DNA of 64,000 nt, taken from contig JBEUKZ010000010.1 of assembly GCA_048128005.1 (NCBI GenBank), positions 496,001 to 560,000 of the forward strand, in the 5' to 3' direction. Below, one piece after another: positions 26,259 through 37,758 of the stretch. Positions within the stretch are counted from its first letter, which is position 1. Every line of letters begins with the position of its first letter. The notes below the pieces were generated by a model. It saw nothing but the letters and a program-made list of their open reading frames with translations, was not told where the DNA came from and ran no database searches. A program made the translations under genes and the position numbers. This DNA comes from Veleropilina oligotropha (Eukaryota).

Positions 26259-29200
26259 TAGTCCAGTAGAAATACACTGTTTTTGTGATGAACCTGGAAA
26301 AAATTAACGCCAAGCTAAATTAGGTATCATTGGAAAGCTTATTTTATGCAGAATAACATATCCAAAATCCTCTGAAATCCGCTTTGAGGAAAAAAAGTTA
26401 TAGATCAATCTGCTAGTCGTGTTAATTATACAACAAAATTTCGTTCGTCAATGCGCGAAGGGAGATAACCCACTCAAATATGAGTCTCGTGTTCTTTATT
26501 TCATACGTTGAAACTAGAGTTCCCAGTTCGTATTTTATTAATCTACTCATTCATAGTGAGATTGCTTGTCTCATTTCCGTCTTAGATGTAGATTGTCGAC
26601 TCTGTGGTATCGGAATCAGATGTCGAAATCGGCTGCTAAAACTTCTATTCGTATTTATATTCGTTGTTATGTCCATGCAGTAACGGGCTTGAGATTCAGC
26701 ACTTCTTTAAAATATTAAAACTGCTATTTTTGTTCCAGCGCATCACGCGTAGTTTATCGCATATTTAATAATAGATGAAAACGAATCTATGTATTGGGAT
26801 TAGCTTTCAAGTTTACGCAGATAAAACACAATCCGGGTTCTCTGCTTTGATATACCGAGCTGAACGCTAGATTTACATAAACGCTAGAAGTTCGATGAAC
26901 GCTTGAATCATCGTCGAGTTATTATCGTATAATTAATTAAAATAGTTAATTTGATAAATAATTTTGATATGATCATAAACATAATGCACTACAACGTATT
27001 TGACAACAGTTGTCGATGCATATATATTTCGTTAAATATTACTATTTTTAAAATGTGATATGTTTGACTTCTAGCTTTGTTTAGCAGTGAAATAAAACAG
27101 ATCCTTGATAGGATACGTTACTTGTTTCATCCTTACAAATGAATGTGTCATTATTCTAGTTAAAACAAATATATTGAATTGATACATATATATTTGTTCA
27201 CTAACAATTAAGGTTTATACTTTATATGTCAGTGAATACACTAATGCAAATAATATATTTACATACAAACGCTAGAATATTATTTTATAAGTGAATACAA
27301 ATTCTTTTGGTGCCATGCTGAGGGTTTATACTTGAATTTTGAATTTTTATTCAAGTTAGCTGAAGTATATTTCCTTAATTGCATTTTTATATCTATCAAT
27401 TTACGAATTAAATATGACAAATATTGATTTCTTCAGTGGTGTTGCGTGCATCATCTGCACAAATGAGTTTACTAGTGATTCTCCTGGTGTAAACGTTGGC
27501 GGAAAAGCATTACAGACAATTGTTACGTTTTGTGAATTGCGTGGCGAAGATGATATCCGAATATATTTGTTGAAAAAGATTGCAGAAAATGATAAATCAC
27601 CTATCAGAGTTCATCAAAAGTGCCGCCGTGACTTTACCGACAAGAGAAGGCTTAACTACAGGAAAGACTTCGTTGATTTATCAGAACCGAAACGCATGAA
27701 GCGATCTGACAATGCACCATTTAATTGGAAAGAGTCATGTTTTCTTTGTGGCGAAAACTTTTCAAATTCAAATCCTTCTCGCAAAGGTGGAATTCGTGAA
27801 GTTTCCACTCTCCCATTACGTTATTACAAGAATACTTGAATCATGCCAAACACGTGGGGATAAATGGGCGTATGAAGTAGGATTGAGGGTACGTAGCTGT
27901 ATTGATCTTGTAGCTGTAGAGGCAAAGTACCACAAAGAATGTCATACACATTTTACTCGTGACAAAGCTGAAGCAACCATTGCAAGTACTTCAGTGGGAA
28001 GACCGGAAGATTCACAAATGTCTGCCGTCTTCAACAGTCTCTGTGAATGGATCGAAACAGAGGCATATTCAGTACTTTATTCTTTAGCTGAGCTTCACGT
28101 AAAAATGGTCGAGATTGGTGGGGACATATCTGTATATTCGGCGAAACGACTGAAGCAGAAACTTCAAGATCGATACACTGATTTTATATACTTTTCAGAA
28201 ATACAAGGGAAAGAAAATGTACTTTGTTTCCGAGATATGGCAAACTACATTATCAGCAACACATGGCATACTGATAGAAAAAATGACATCCATGAAGAAG
28301 CTGACAGGATAGTTGCTACTGCGTGTAAGATAATACGAGCAGAAATCAGAAATACTGTTTATGATATGGATTTTTATCCCACTGAGAGCGAGCTAAAATC
28401 AACAGAGAAAGGCTTAGAAATATTACCTCGAACGTTACGATTGCTATTGACCGGACTAGTACCAGATAAAGTTCATGCAGCGAGCATAGGACAGTGTATT
28501 TTGAAAGCAGCTAAACCGCGTTCTGTTATACCACCTATTTTACTTGGTTTAGGTGTAGAAATGGACCACACATTTGGTTCAAAATGGCTGGTGAATGAGC
28601 TCTCAAGGTTAGGATTTTCTGTGAGCTATGATGAAGTTATCATGTATAAGCAATCTGTTGTTCGTAGTGAAAACATTGAGGACATTGTCAGAAAACCATA
28701 TCCTGGATATTTTACACAATGGGTCGCAGATAATGTTGATCATAACTTGAACACTCTGGATGGCAAAAATTCATTTCACGGAATGGGTATCATGTCAGTC
28801 TCTACACCCTCAGGTGAACGAATACAAGAGGCAGACACTAAACTCTCAAGGTGGAAACAAGTAGCATCGGGGGATATTACACGTAATCGCGGAATACCTA
28901 TTCAAAGGTATAACCCTCCGATGAAAGCTGCTCTGAGGGAGATAAAGATGATACCCCATCTTCAACTTCAATCTCCGTTTACATTACCGGAGAGCCTCCA
29001 GTATAACTTGGTATGGCACTGCATTGGTATGTTTGACAAATTACGTCCAGTTCGCCCCAGTTGGACGGGATTCATGCAGTCTGTTTCTAATGGCAATTAC
29101 CCTGGACAGTCAGAAACAGGCGGAAATTTTGGGCGTCGTGACACCTTGCATTACATTCGATCAACCACTTTGGCTCAAAGCTGTAGAGGTCACACAATCT

Positions 29201-32200
29201 AAGAATCTGGATGTAGTATGCCGGCTAGGAGGCTTTCATATGATGATGAGTTTCTTAGGAAGTATCGGATCATTAATGAATGGATCAGGACTACATGAAC
29301 TACTAGAAACGTGTTATGGACCTAACTCAGTCGACCATATGATGAGTGGGAAGGCAGTTTCACGAGCTTTGCGTGGCCACTTTCTAGTAGGAGCAGTTTT
29401 AATGACAAGGCTAAGCGATTCACTTTTACCCGATATAGTGCTTCCACCGATCAACACTGACGATTCGGTAAGCAATGATACAGTGCTTCAAAATGATGAT
29501 CTTGAAACAAACGAACAAGATGAGGAGGCCAGTGACATATTGCCTGAACAGCTTACATGCGAAGATGCCCCTAAAAGTCTGTATGTTCTCAGTGAATCTG
29601 ATGCAATTGAGCTGCATGATATATCAAGTGAACTCATTTGCAATTTAACAGCCATCGATCAAGTGAAAGAATCCAATGCTTTTCAGTCGTTATCAGAAGC
29701 TCTTTCTAATCATAAGAGTTTTCTTGAGAGCAAGTCTCGAACAGCAAAGTTATGGTTACAATATATGAAGTACATTGAGGTTCTTAAACTATTTATCCGA
29801 GCAGAACGGACAGGAGACTGGAACACTCATTTGATCGCTGCTGCACAAATGTTAAATTTGTTTGCTGCGACAGGCCATCTCAATTATGCCAAGTCAACCC
29901 ACCTTTACTTGCAAATGATGTGTGATTTGCCTCACAGTAATCCTTGGTTGCATGATCAGTTTATATCAAAAGGTTATCATACGGTGCGCCGGTCTGATCG
30001 TTTTTGGTCTGGTATTTGGACGGATTTGGCTATAGAACAAATAATGATGCGGACTATTAAATCCAGGGGTGGACTTACCCGTGGTCGTGGTTTTACAGAG
30101 TCTGTTCGCATACTCTGGGTGCATAGTATGCATAAATGTGCAAGCATCCACCAAGCGATGGGCGATCTGACAGGGCTTCAGCAAGCAACGAGCGAGCAAC
30201 ATGTAGATATGGCTAAATCCAGAATGCAACGAGATTCCAAGGATTTGTGCACAATGGTGTCCTGGTTGAAATCACACAACCCATTTGATAACAGTGATGA
30301 CACGTTACGTTCAATATCATCTGGTCTTGCTGCCACAATGGACAAGGGTGTTAACTGTGATGATGCTGAAAATGTAGGATTAGCAATTCAAATGAGTATG
30401 GACAACTCGATGTTTTCTGACATATCCATTAAGAGAAAGGACCAGGTGAAAAATCTTGCAACATTGCAAAATGGAATCAAAGTTGGTGAGGAAAAGGTGC
30501 ACATCGATCCAAATATTTTATTTTCAAGATTGATGGTCCAAGTTGAAAGGTCAGAGAGCATGAAGCACTACTTTGAGTATGAACTAACACAAATACCAAC
30601 CGCTCTGTTTAAGGATTCAAAAATGAGAAAGTGCAACAAATCTTCTCTGGCTGCTATTCTGAGAAAAGAGGTCTCCTCTGTACTTGAAGTGCCAGTAGCG
30701 AAAATGGTGATCGATGGGGGGTCACTTTTACATCGCGTTCGGTGTCAATGTCCTTCCACTTACAATAATATCGTGGTACAATACGTATCCTACGTTAGAC
30801 AGAAATATGGAACGTCAACCATAGTATTCGATGGCTACCTTGAAGGCCCATCTACAAAAGATCATGTGCATGTTCGGCGGAATAAAAGCATGTCTGCTAA
30901 TGTTCAGCTGCAGGGTACAATGGTAGCGCACGGACCACAACAGTCTTTCTTTTCTAATGAAAGGAACAAACGTAAATTCATCTCTTTGCTGAAAGATGCA
31001 CTGCAGAATGATGGTCACAACGTTCATCAAGCTAAAAATGATGCTGACACGACGATTGTAGCCTGTGCCATGGAGTTGTGTCGAGACGATGCAACGATCG
31101 TCATATCCGATGATACTGATGTGTTGGTGCTAATGGTCTACCATTTCCAGGATAATATGAAAGACTTATATTTCTTTTCGGAGGCAACCGCAAGATCAAA
31201 ACAAGCAGTATATCATACCAGAATATCTGCAATTAGGGAGAAAGTAGGTTATGACGTGTCAAAACACTTACTCTTTGCTCATGCCTGGTCAGGGTGTGAC
31301 ACCACATCAGCCATCTTCAGACAAGGAAAAGGTGCAATAGTAAAGCAAGTGCAACAGTCAGCAGCTGTGCGTGAAATTTCTAATGTGTTTCTTCTAGATG
31401 AAAATTCGCAAGCTGATGTGGAATGTGCAGGAGTCAAACTGTTTGTAAAAATGTATCAAGGAAGAGAGGACGATACTTTGAACGAGCTCAGATATGCTAG
31501 ATACATGAATGCTCTTGCCAGTTCACAACAGTCAATACGACCAGAAACTTTGCCCCCAACTGAGAATGCTGCACGCTTTCATTGCTTGCGTGTATACCTA
31601 CAAGTACAGATATGGAAGCACCTTGAGGCAAATACAACATTGAAAGCAGAACAATGGGGATGGAGGATCGAGAAGGATCATCTAGAACCTGTTATGACTG
31701 ATCGAGAACCAGCCCCATGCGATCTTCTAAATGTGATTCGTTGCAAGTGCAAGTCGTCTCTCTGCAGTTTCAATTCCTGCTCCTGTCGAAAGTACGGATT
31801 ACATTGTATGTCGGCTTGCATTCATTGTCGTGGAGAGAACTGCGAAAATGCCGAAGAAGTAATCTGTGTAGATGAAGCTGAAGATGTAGATATATAGAAA
31901 TTTGATGAAAGTATGAATGGACACCCTTAACACTTCATGATGAATTGATGTTTAACGACGATGCAAACAGCATTTCTGTCATAAATTGGGTCAATCAACT
32001 TGGAAATGATGAAATAAATTTGCACTGTGGGCATTGGAGGCAGCGATCATGAAAACTACACGTGTTATTTCCGAAAATGTAAAACAGGATCCAAGGTCTG
32101 TGCACAGTGATTTCATATTTGTCTGGACAAGTTAGTGGAATATTCGAGACAGAGGTCAGTCCGAGACTCCAGTCAATTGGTTATGCAGATGATGTATAAC

Positions 32201-33083
32201 TAACTTTAGGCTTCACCTTAAATGATTGATTAATCGAGTTCCATTTAATGCACCTTGTCAGGCAATATCGGGACATGTTTATATTAAGATGGGTGGAGAG
32301 CCCAGATTAACTGGTGATACCACGCATCCCGATCGGTTATGGACAACCGTGTCTGATAATCATGCATTGTCTCTAAGCAAGGCGAGAGCAGACTGGCCAA
32401 GTAGATTTAACACATTCGTTTTGGCACAATTATATCAATACACTAAGTGACTTGTGGTTGAAATGGATTGAGATTGTTTAAAACAGAGAAAACGATGTTT
32501 CATTCATGTTTGTATATCATTTATTAATAAAGCGTGATGTGATTTTCTTGACTGGCGGCCATCTTGGATTTTTACCATAAAAATGTCCATTACACTAGTT
32601 TATGAGCATTGTAACATTTTAATTGTTATTGAAATGGAATCAGACTGCTTAATAACATAGAAAAAGACACATCATGCAAATTTGTATGACATTTATTCAC
32701 AACGATACAGCATTTTACGATATTTCGGAATCGGATGGCGGCCATCTTGGATTTTGCCATATTTGACAGTCAAGAAAAAATTTGGGGAACATTTTCTTCA
32801 TTCATAAATTGATCAAGATATAAATAGACCCAATTAACACTTAACGAGTGCTAAACATCACAATTATTAAACTACTTATCATGTAACTGTTCAAAACATT
32901 TCTAAATATGACTGAAATATTTGATAAATATACCACTTTTTTCATATGGTCATAACTTTTTTTCCTCAAATCGGATTTAAGAGGATTTTGGATATGTTAT
33001 TCTAGCCTAACAATCCGATCAATGGTGAAAATTTCAGCTTGGCGTTAATTTTTTCCGGGTCAAAACCTATTTCTACTGGACTA
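26259..33083 (+). mobile_element. Academ (AcademX, XPG-type) DNA transposon, full length
   Basis: TAG...CTA termini; 3-bp TSD ATA (26256-26258 / 33084-33086); 16-bp perfect TIR TAGTCCAGTAGAAATA extending imperfectly to ~140 bp; encodes transposase + XPG/FEN1-like nuclease + Cys-rich C-terminus. Confidence 0.88.
27414..31897 (+). pseudogene. Academ transposase-XPG-Cys finger polyprotein in three frames (27414-27839, 27712-29202, 29024-31897)
   Basis: Transposase motifs WVADNVD, TFDQPLW, LGGFH, NYAKS, DLAIEQ; XPG-like IDGG, VFDGY, DADT, DDTDV, GCDTTS; C-terminal CKC..C....CSCRK..L.C...C..C....C.N; frame switches near 27825 and 29110. Confidence 0.82.
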
Positions 33084-34486
33084 ATATTTCAATTTGCAAT
33101 AGCTATATATGTTAAAAACAAAACCTGAAACTTGCTACCTGACAGTTTGCGATATACACGTATAACATTGCCAAAAATTGCATAATGTAGTGTAAACTAA
33201 CAATTTCATTACTTTGATTTGACATTCATGGGACCCGCGGCGCTCCGAATTGTGCCATGGAAGCTCAATTGGTACCAATTATAAGTACATGTATGCAATA
33301 AGAGGATTAAGGGTAATCCTAGTATTAACAATAATATACTTACGTCCTTACTAATGCCATAATGGCCCCATTATCGCTAAACCGGAAGTTGAAAAATTGA
33401 CAATTTTTGCACCTCTTATTAAAAACTTACCTCCCCTTCCTACCACCTCTCCAGGTTCCCAATAGAATACGCATCAGAAGACCCCAATAGAATGCGTATA
33501 TCAACTCATTCAAGTGTCCTAGCGAAACCACAGCTATATCAGGAACTTAGAGAGGGGAGGAATGCGTGTACCACGCATAGGGAGGGCAAAACGAGTAAGG
33601 ACGTAAGTATATTATTGTTAATACTAGGATTACCCTTAATCCTCTTATTAACTACAAATATACTTACGTCCTTACTAATGCCAGAATAACCTTGGATAGG
33701 CGGGCTAAGTTCTAGTGTAAACACAACAACCAACCCATAATCAAGATTATAAATACTCACGCCATCTGAATCAGCCTCGTAGAGATGACTCGAAATGATC
33801 CGCCCAGAGAGAAATGATCTGAGTATTATTTCTACTCTTACCGCGAATAAGTTTGACCAGTAAACCTGGGATAAACTCGTTCGAGTGGGTTAGTGGATCG
33901 AGATGGCAAGAAGTGCAGTCATCCCCTGACCTGGACGTATGTAATACACCGGACTCTCAGATCTAGGGTAGAAGTGACCAAATGGAAGACCCGGGCCTCA
34001 TGGGCCGGCACCCAGAAGGGCACAGTCCTTGATAAACACAGCCTGAAATGATGCAGGATAATTATCAAATACAGCAAGTATAAATCAATAAATATATTGA
34101 CAACATACATAATCGCGTGACCAACCCGCGAAGGCTAACCTGACAATAACCATCAGGTTACTTAAAGAAAGTTAAAATAATTTTTAGAATTAAAAATTTT
34201 TCCAATGTCCCTCAAAGGACACCGTATGCTCATAACAGCGATGAACATATTTAAAACACAAAAAATCAAATAACCTTTAAGTTTTGTGCACACACAAGTA
34301 ATATCCGAAACTGGCAAAGTCATTAACTCAGACCTGACGGTAATTAATTCCAATAAATTAATAAATTAATAATTTATTAAATAAGAAAATTACATCGGAT
34401 AACCTCAAGGAGTTCTAAATAACTCGATAGAACGACTTGTAAATGCATTTCAATGATAAGAAAAAGCAGACATGTGTCACTCACCA

Positions 34487-37456
34487 TCACTGATTAGTTG
34501 ACCTTGGACGAACAATAGAAGTTTGTGCAGCTACGCATTGCAAGCTACTGAGTCCATCAGCACCCGTCGAGAAGTCTCGCAGGTAATGCCTAACAAAGAC
34601 ATTGGCATTTCTCCAATAACCTGCCTCAAGAAGAGCAGACATGCTTAGAGTATGACGAAAAGCGAGGGATGTCGATATCGCACGGACTTCGTGCGCGGTG
34701 ATGCGAACTACGTCGCGGTCTAATACCTGAGAACGGAGGTAAACAGTCTTTACTGTTTGAGCGATCCAGCGAGACACAGTGCTTTTATGAACGTCTCGTT
34801 TAAAAGTCGGCATATAGGAAATGAATAAACGTCTTTTTCCCAGCCTCATGTCTCGAGTGCGATCCAGGTAATAGCGCAGTGCGCGCACGGGGCAATTCAT
34901 GCGGTCCCGGTCGGAGCGATCGACGATCGATAGACTGGGAATAACAACATCATGCGGTGCATCTCCGGGCCGTTGAGTCTTTGCGATGAAGCCAAGTACG
35001 GAACGTAAAATAACCGACCCATCGGTATGGAATCTGATGTCCCTAAGCTCTGCAGAGAAGCTGTGGATTTCCGATGACCGCCGGCCCGACGCCAAAGCGA
35101 TAAGGAACACCGTTTTGTGAGTAATATCTTTAAGGGAAGCTTTACTCATGGGTTCGTAGGGCGGTCGAAGCAGAGCGTTAAGAACTAACACTATATTCCA
35201 GGCTGGCGGCCGCACCAGCGCGCAGGGTCATTCGATATCATAGGAACGGATATAATCCGATATAGTACGGTCAGTAGACAGGTTGACTCGAGCGCGGCAT
35301 TGCCGTAGCGTTGTAGCTATAGTGGCCCGATAGCCCTTGACCGTGATGGTTGATAATCCTTGATTAAACAGCGAGGATAAAAACTCTATGAAGTCGTTTA
35401 TAGCCGGGCGGAGTATATCGATCGCCCGGCCGTTACACCAATCCACGTATTTGTTCCATCTATAGTCGTAGACACGTGTCGTGGATTGTCGTCTCGATCG
35501 ATAGATGCGACGGGCAATTGCTGTAGAAAATCCTTTCTTAAGCAGGGATCGTTCGATAATCGCCAGGCGTGAAGTCTGAAGTCGCTCGGCGACTGGTGGA
35601 GTACACGTGTGCGCGGTTGCATTAACAGGTCTGGTCTCTGCGGTAGCGCTAGCGGTGTGTCGATGATCAGATCGAGAAGTGTCGGAAACCAAGGTTGCGA
35701 TCGGTGTAGGGGCGCTATCAGCGTCAGTTCGCAACGTTCCCGCGATACTTTCCGTAACACTAGGTGTAGAATACACGTCGGGGGAAAGGCATACGCGATC
35801 AGATTCTCCCATGACATGGACAGCGCGTCGACTGACAGGGCTGCCGGGTCCGGGTAGGGGGATACGTACAGAGGGAGTCGGTAATTGAACTCTGTTGCAA
35901 ATAGATCGACTTGGGGCTGTGACCACCGGCGACAGACCTCCCGGGCTACTCGGCTGTGTAGCGTCCACTCTGTGTGTATAATCTGTGATTTCCGAGAGAG
36001 CGAGTCCGCTCGGACGTTCAGTACTCCCGGGATGTGTCTTGCTCGTATCGTCGAGTCGAGGGACATCACTAGGCGGTGTAGGTCGATAGCTCGGTCGCAT
36101 AGGGGACGCGAGCGGGTCCCGCCCTGGTGTTGAACGTAAGCAACGACAGTCGTGTTGTCCGTAGCCAGCATAATGTGTTTGCTGTGAAGGAGTTCCGAGA
36201 AAGATTGAACTGACAGGAAGACCGCTTCCAACTCTAACAGGTTGATGTGTCGTCCACGTAGTTCCTCCGGCCATAGGCCTGACGTCTCGTGACTGTCGAG
36301 GTGACCCCCCCAGCCTTCGTTCGAAGCGTCTGTAAACAGGTAGGCATTCGGTTCTGGCAGGGAGATAGGAACCGACTGGCTCGGCATAGTGGGGTCCAAC
36401 CACACTGCTGTCGTGGCGTCGAACCAATGCCGTAGATCGATGCGATCCGACCACTGTCCCGTACGTTGCACCCATCGTTCCTTGAGGGCCTGTTGTACGG
36501 GCCGCTTGTCCATGCGGCCCCTCGGTAGCAAGGGAGCTACCGACTCGATGTGCCCTAGGACAGTGGCCAGTTGACGTGCCGTGGTTACTTCGTGGGATGC
36601 AGTCTCCTGAATCACGGCTCGTAGGTTCCCAGTGCGTTTCTCTGTAGGCTTCGCGGTAAAGAGGACCGTGTCGAAGTCGACTCCGAGGAACGTGAACGTC
36701 GTCGAGGGCACGAAGCAGGATTTCGTCTCGTTGATCTGGAATCCCAGGCGCTTCGTCGATGACAGAGTAAAGCTCAGGGACTGGTGGCACTGCTCTCGGG
36801 ACGCCCCGAGAATCAACCAGTCGTCGAGGTACATGTGTACTCTGTGCCCATGCGAGTGTAGGAAGGCTCCGAGGGCCTTTACTATCCGCGTGAAGACGTA
36901 CGGGGCTGACGATAGACCGAACGGTAGGCACCTGAATTGGTACGTAGTCTGCCCGTGTATGAACCGAAGGTATCTGTGGGTCGATGGATGCATCGGTACG
37001 TGTAGATACGCGTCGGTAAGATCGATAGACGCTGCCCAGTCGCCCGGACGGATGGCCGCACGTATCTTCGCCAGTGTTTCTTGCTGGAACTTCTCGGGAC
37101 GAAGATACTGGTTGAGGAACGAGAGATCGAGGATCGGTCTCCAGCGGCCGTCTGCCTTCGGGACCAGGAAGAAAAGGCTGTAATATCCTGGTGTGCTGGG
37201 CGGCGCGGGATAGATGGCTCCCTTGTGGAGTAAATCCCGCACTGCCTGGTCTAAGACAGCTTGTTTCTCGCTGCCGAGAAGACGAGCCTGTCTTGGTGGT
37301 GCCTCGGCTAGGGCTGGTTGCCGGATAAAAGCGAGTCTGTATCCGGCACTCACGACTGAGTGAACCCAACTCAAGCCTGCTAGCTCCAGCCACAACGGGC
37401 TGTAGGCTAACAGACACGCTCCCACCGGCGGGAGCGCTGAGCTGGGGCCTTCGCAA
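34487..37456 (-). pseudogene. DIRS B tyrosine recombinase ORF (long N-terminal part overlaps pol; one in-frame TGA at 35228-35230)
   Basis: ALASGRRSSE, CPVRAL, HEVR and HY catalytic motifs; ORFs 35228-37456 and 34487-35215 are in the same frame, separated by one TGA where element C has Arg. Confidence 0.92.
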
Positions 37457-37758
37457 GTGCCGGCAGCCCTAGGGCCGAGGCGGCTTCCCTCTCCGGCTCT
37501 GACCGGATCTCGTTGGAGGTGCTGTGGGCCGACGGGTCTTATTAGCCGGAGGCTTGCCTGTCGGTTTCTTGGCACTCTTGGGAGGCTTGCCACCCCTCGC
37601 GGGGGCAGCAGGGCGCTTCCCTCTCGGTCCAGCCGTCTGCACCCGGGCAGGTGCCAGAACGGCCTTCTCGATGGCCCTGTCCTTGAGCTCGGCAGCCCTC
37701 TTCGCGACAAATTCCCCGAACTTGTCCCCGAAGAGGGTCGAGGCCGACACTGGAACAC
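35398..37758 (-). CDS. DIRS B pol: reverse transcriptase - RNase H - adenine methyltransferase-like domain
   Basis: Open 786-codon frame with WRPILDL, IDLTDAY, LPFGL, YLDDWL, FTDAS, TDNTT, VDLFA and YAFPP; true start uncertain. Confidence 0.95.
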   Translation of the reverse strand: MFQCRPRPSSGTSSGNLSRRGLPSSRTGPSRRPFWHLPGCRRLDREGSALLPPRGVASLPRVPRNRQASLRLIRPVGPQHLQRDPVRAGEGSRLGPRAAGTCEGPSSALPPVGACLLAYSPLWLELAGLSWVHSVVSAGYRLAFIRQPALAEAPPRQARLLGSEKQAVLDQAVRDLLHKGAIYPAPPSTPGYYSLFFLVPKADGRWRPILDLSFLNQYLRPEKFQQETLAKIRAAIRPGDWAASIDLTDAYLHVPMHPSTHRYLRFIHGQTTYQFRCLPFGLSSAPYVFTRIVKALGAFLHSHGHRVHMYLDDWLILGASREQCHQSLSFTLSSTKRLGFQINETKSCFVPSTTFTFLGVDFDTVLFTAKPTEKRTGNLRAVIQETASHEVTTARQLATVLGHIESVAPLLPRGRMDKRPVQQALKERWVQRTGQWSDRIDLRHWFDATTAVWLDPTMPSQSVPISLPEPNAYLFTDASNEGWGGHLDSHETSGLWPEELRGRHINLLELEAVFLSVQSFSELLHSKHIMLATDNTTVVAYVQHQGGTRSRPLCDRAIDLHRLVMSLDSTIRARHIPGVLNVRADSLSRKSQIIHTEWTLHSRVAREVCRRWSQPQVDLFATEFNYRLPLYVSPYPDPAALSVDALSMSWENLIAYAFPPTCILHLVLRKVSRERCELTLIAPLHRSQPWFPTLLDLIIDTPLALPQRPDLLMQPRTRVLHQSPSDFRLHAWRLSNDPCLRKDFLQQLPVASIDRDDNPRHVSTTIDGTNTWIGVTAGRSIYSARL

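Noticed and set aside
26256..33300. Functional link between the Academ ATA TSD and the DIRS ATA core
   Set aside because: ATA is very frequent in this AT-rich DNA and the two integration chemistries are unrelated.
33882..33895. Telomerase-template-like CTAACCC on the minus strand of DIRS B
   Set aside because: Only CTAAC is conserved in A and C; the full motif is not.
33755..34045. Hammerhead or HDV-like ribozyme assignment for the conserved domain
   Set aside because: No CTGANGA...GAAA core is conserved across the three copies, and I could not build an HDV double pseudoknot by eye; left unassigned.
35228..35230. Programmed stop-codon readthrough in YR
   Set aside because: The stop positions differ between B and C, and the two TGA stops correspond to Arg codons in the other copy, which fits ordinary mutation.
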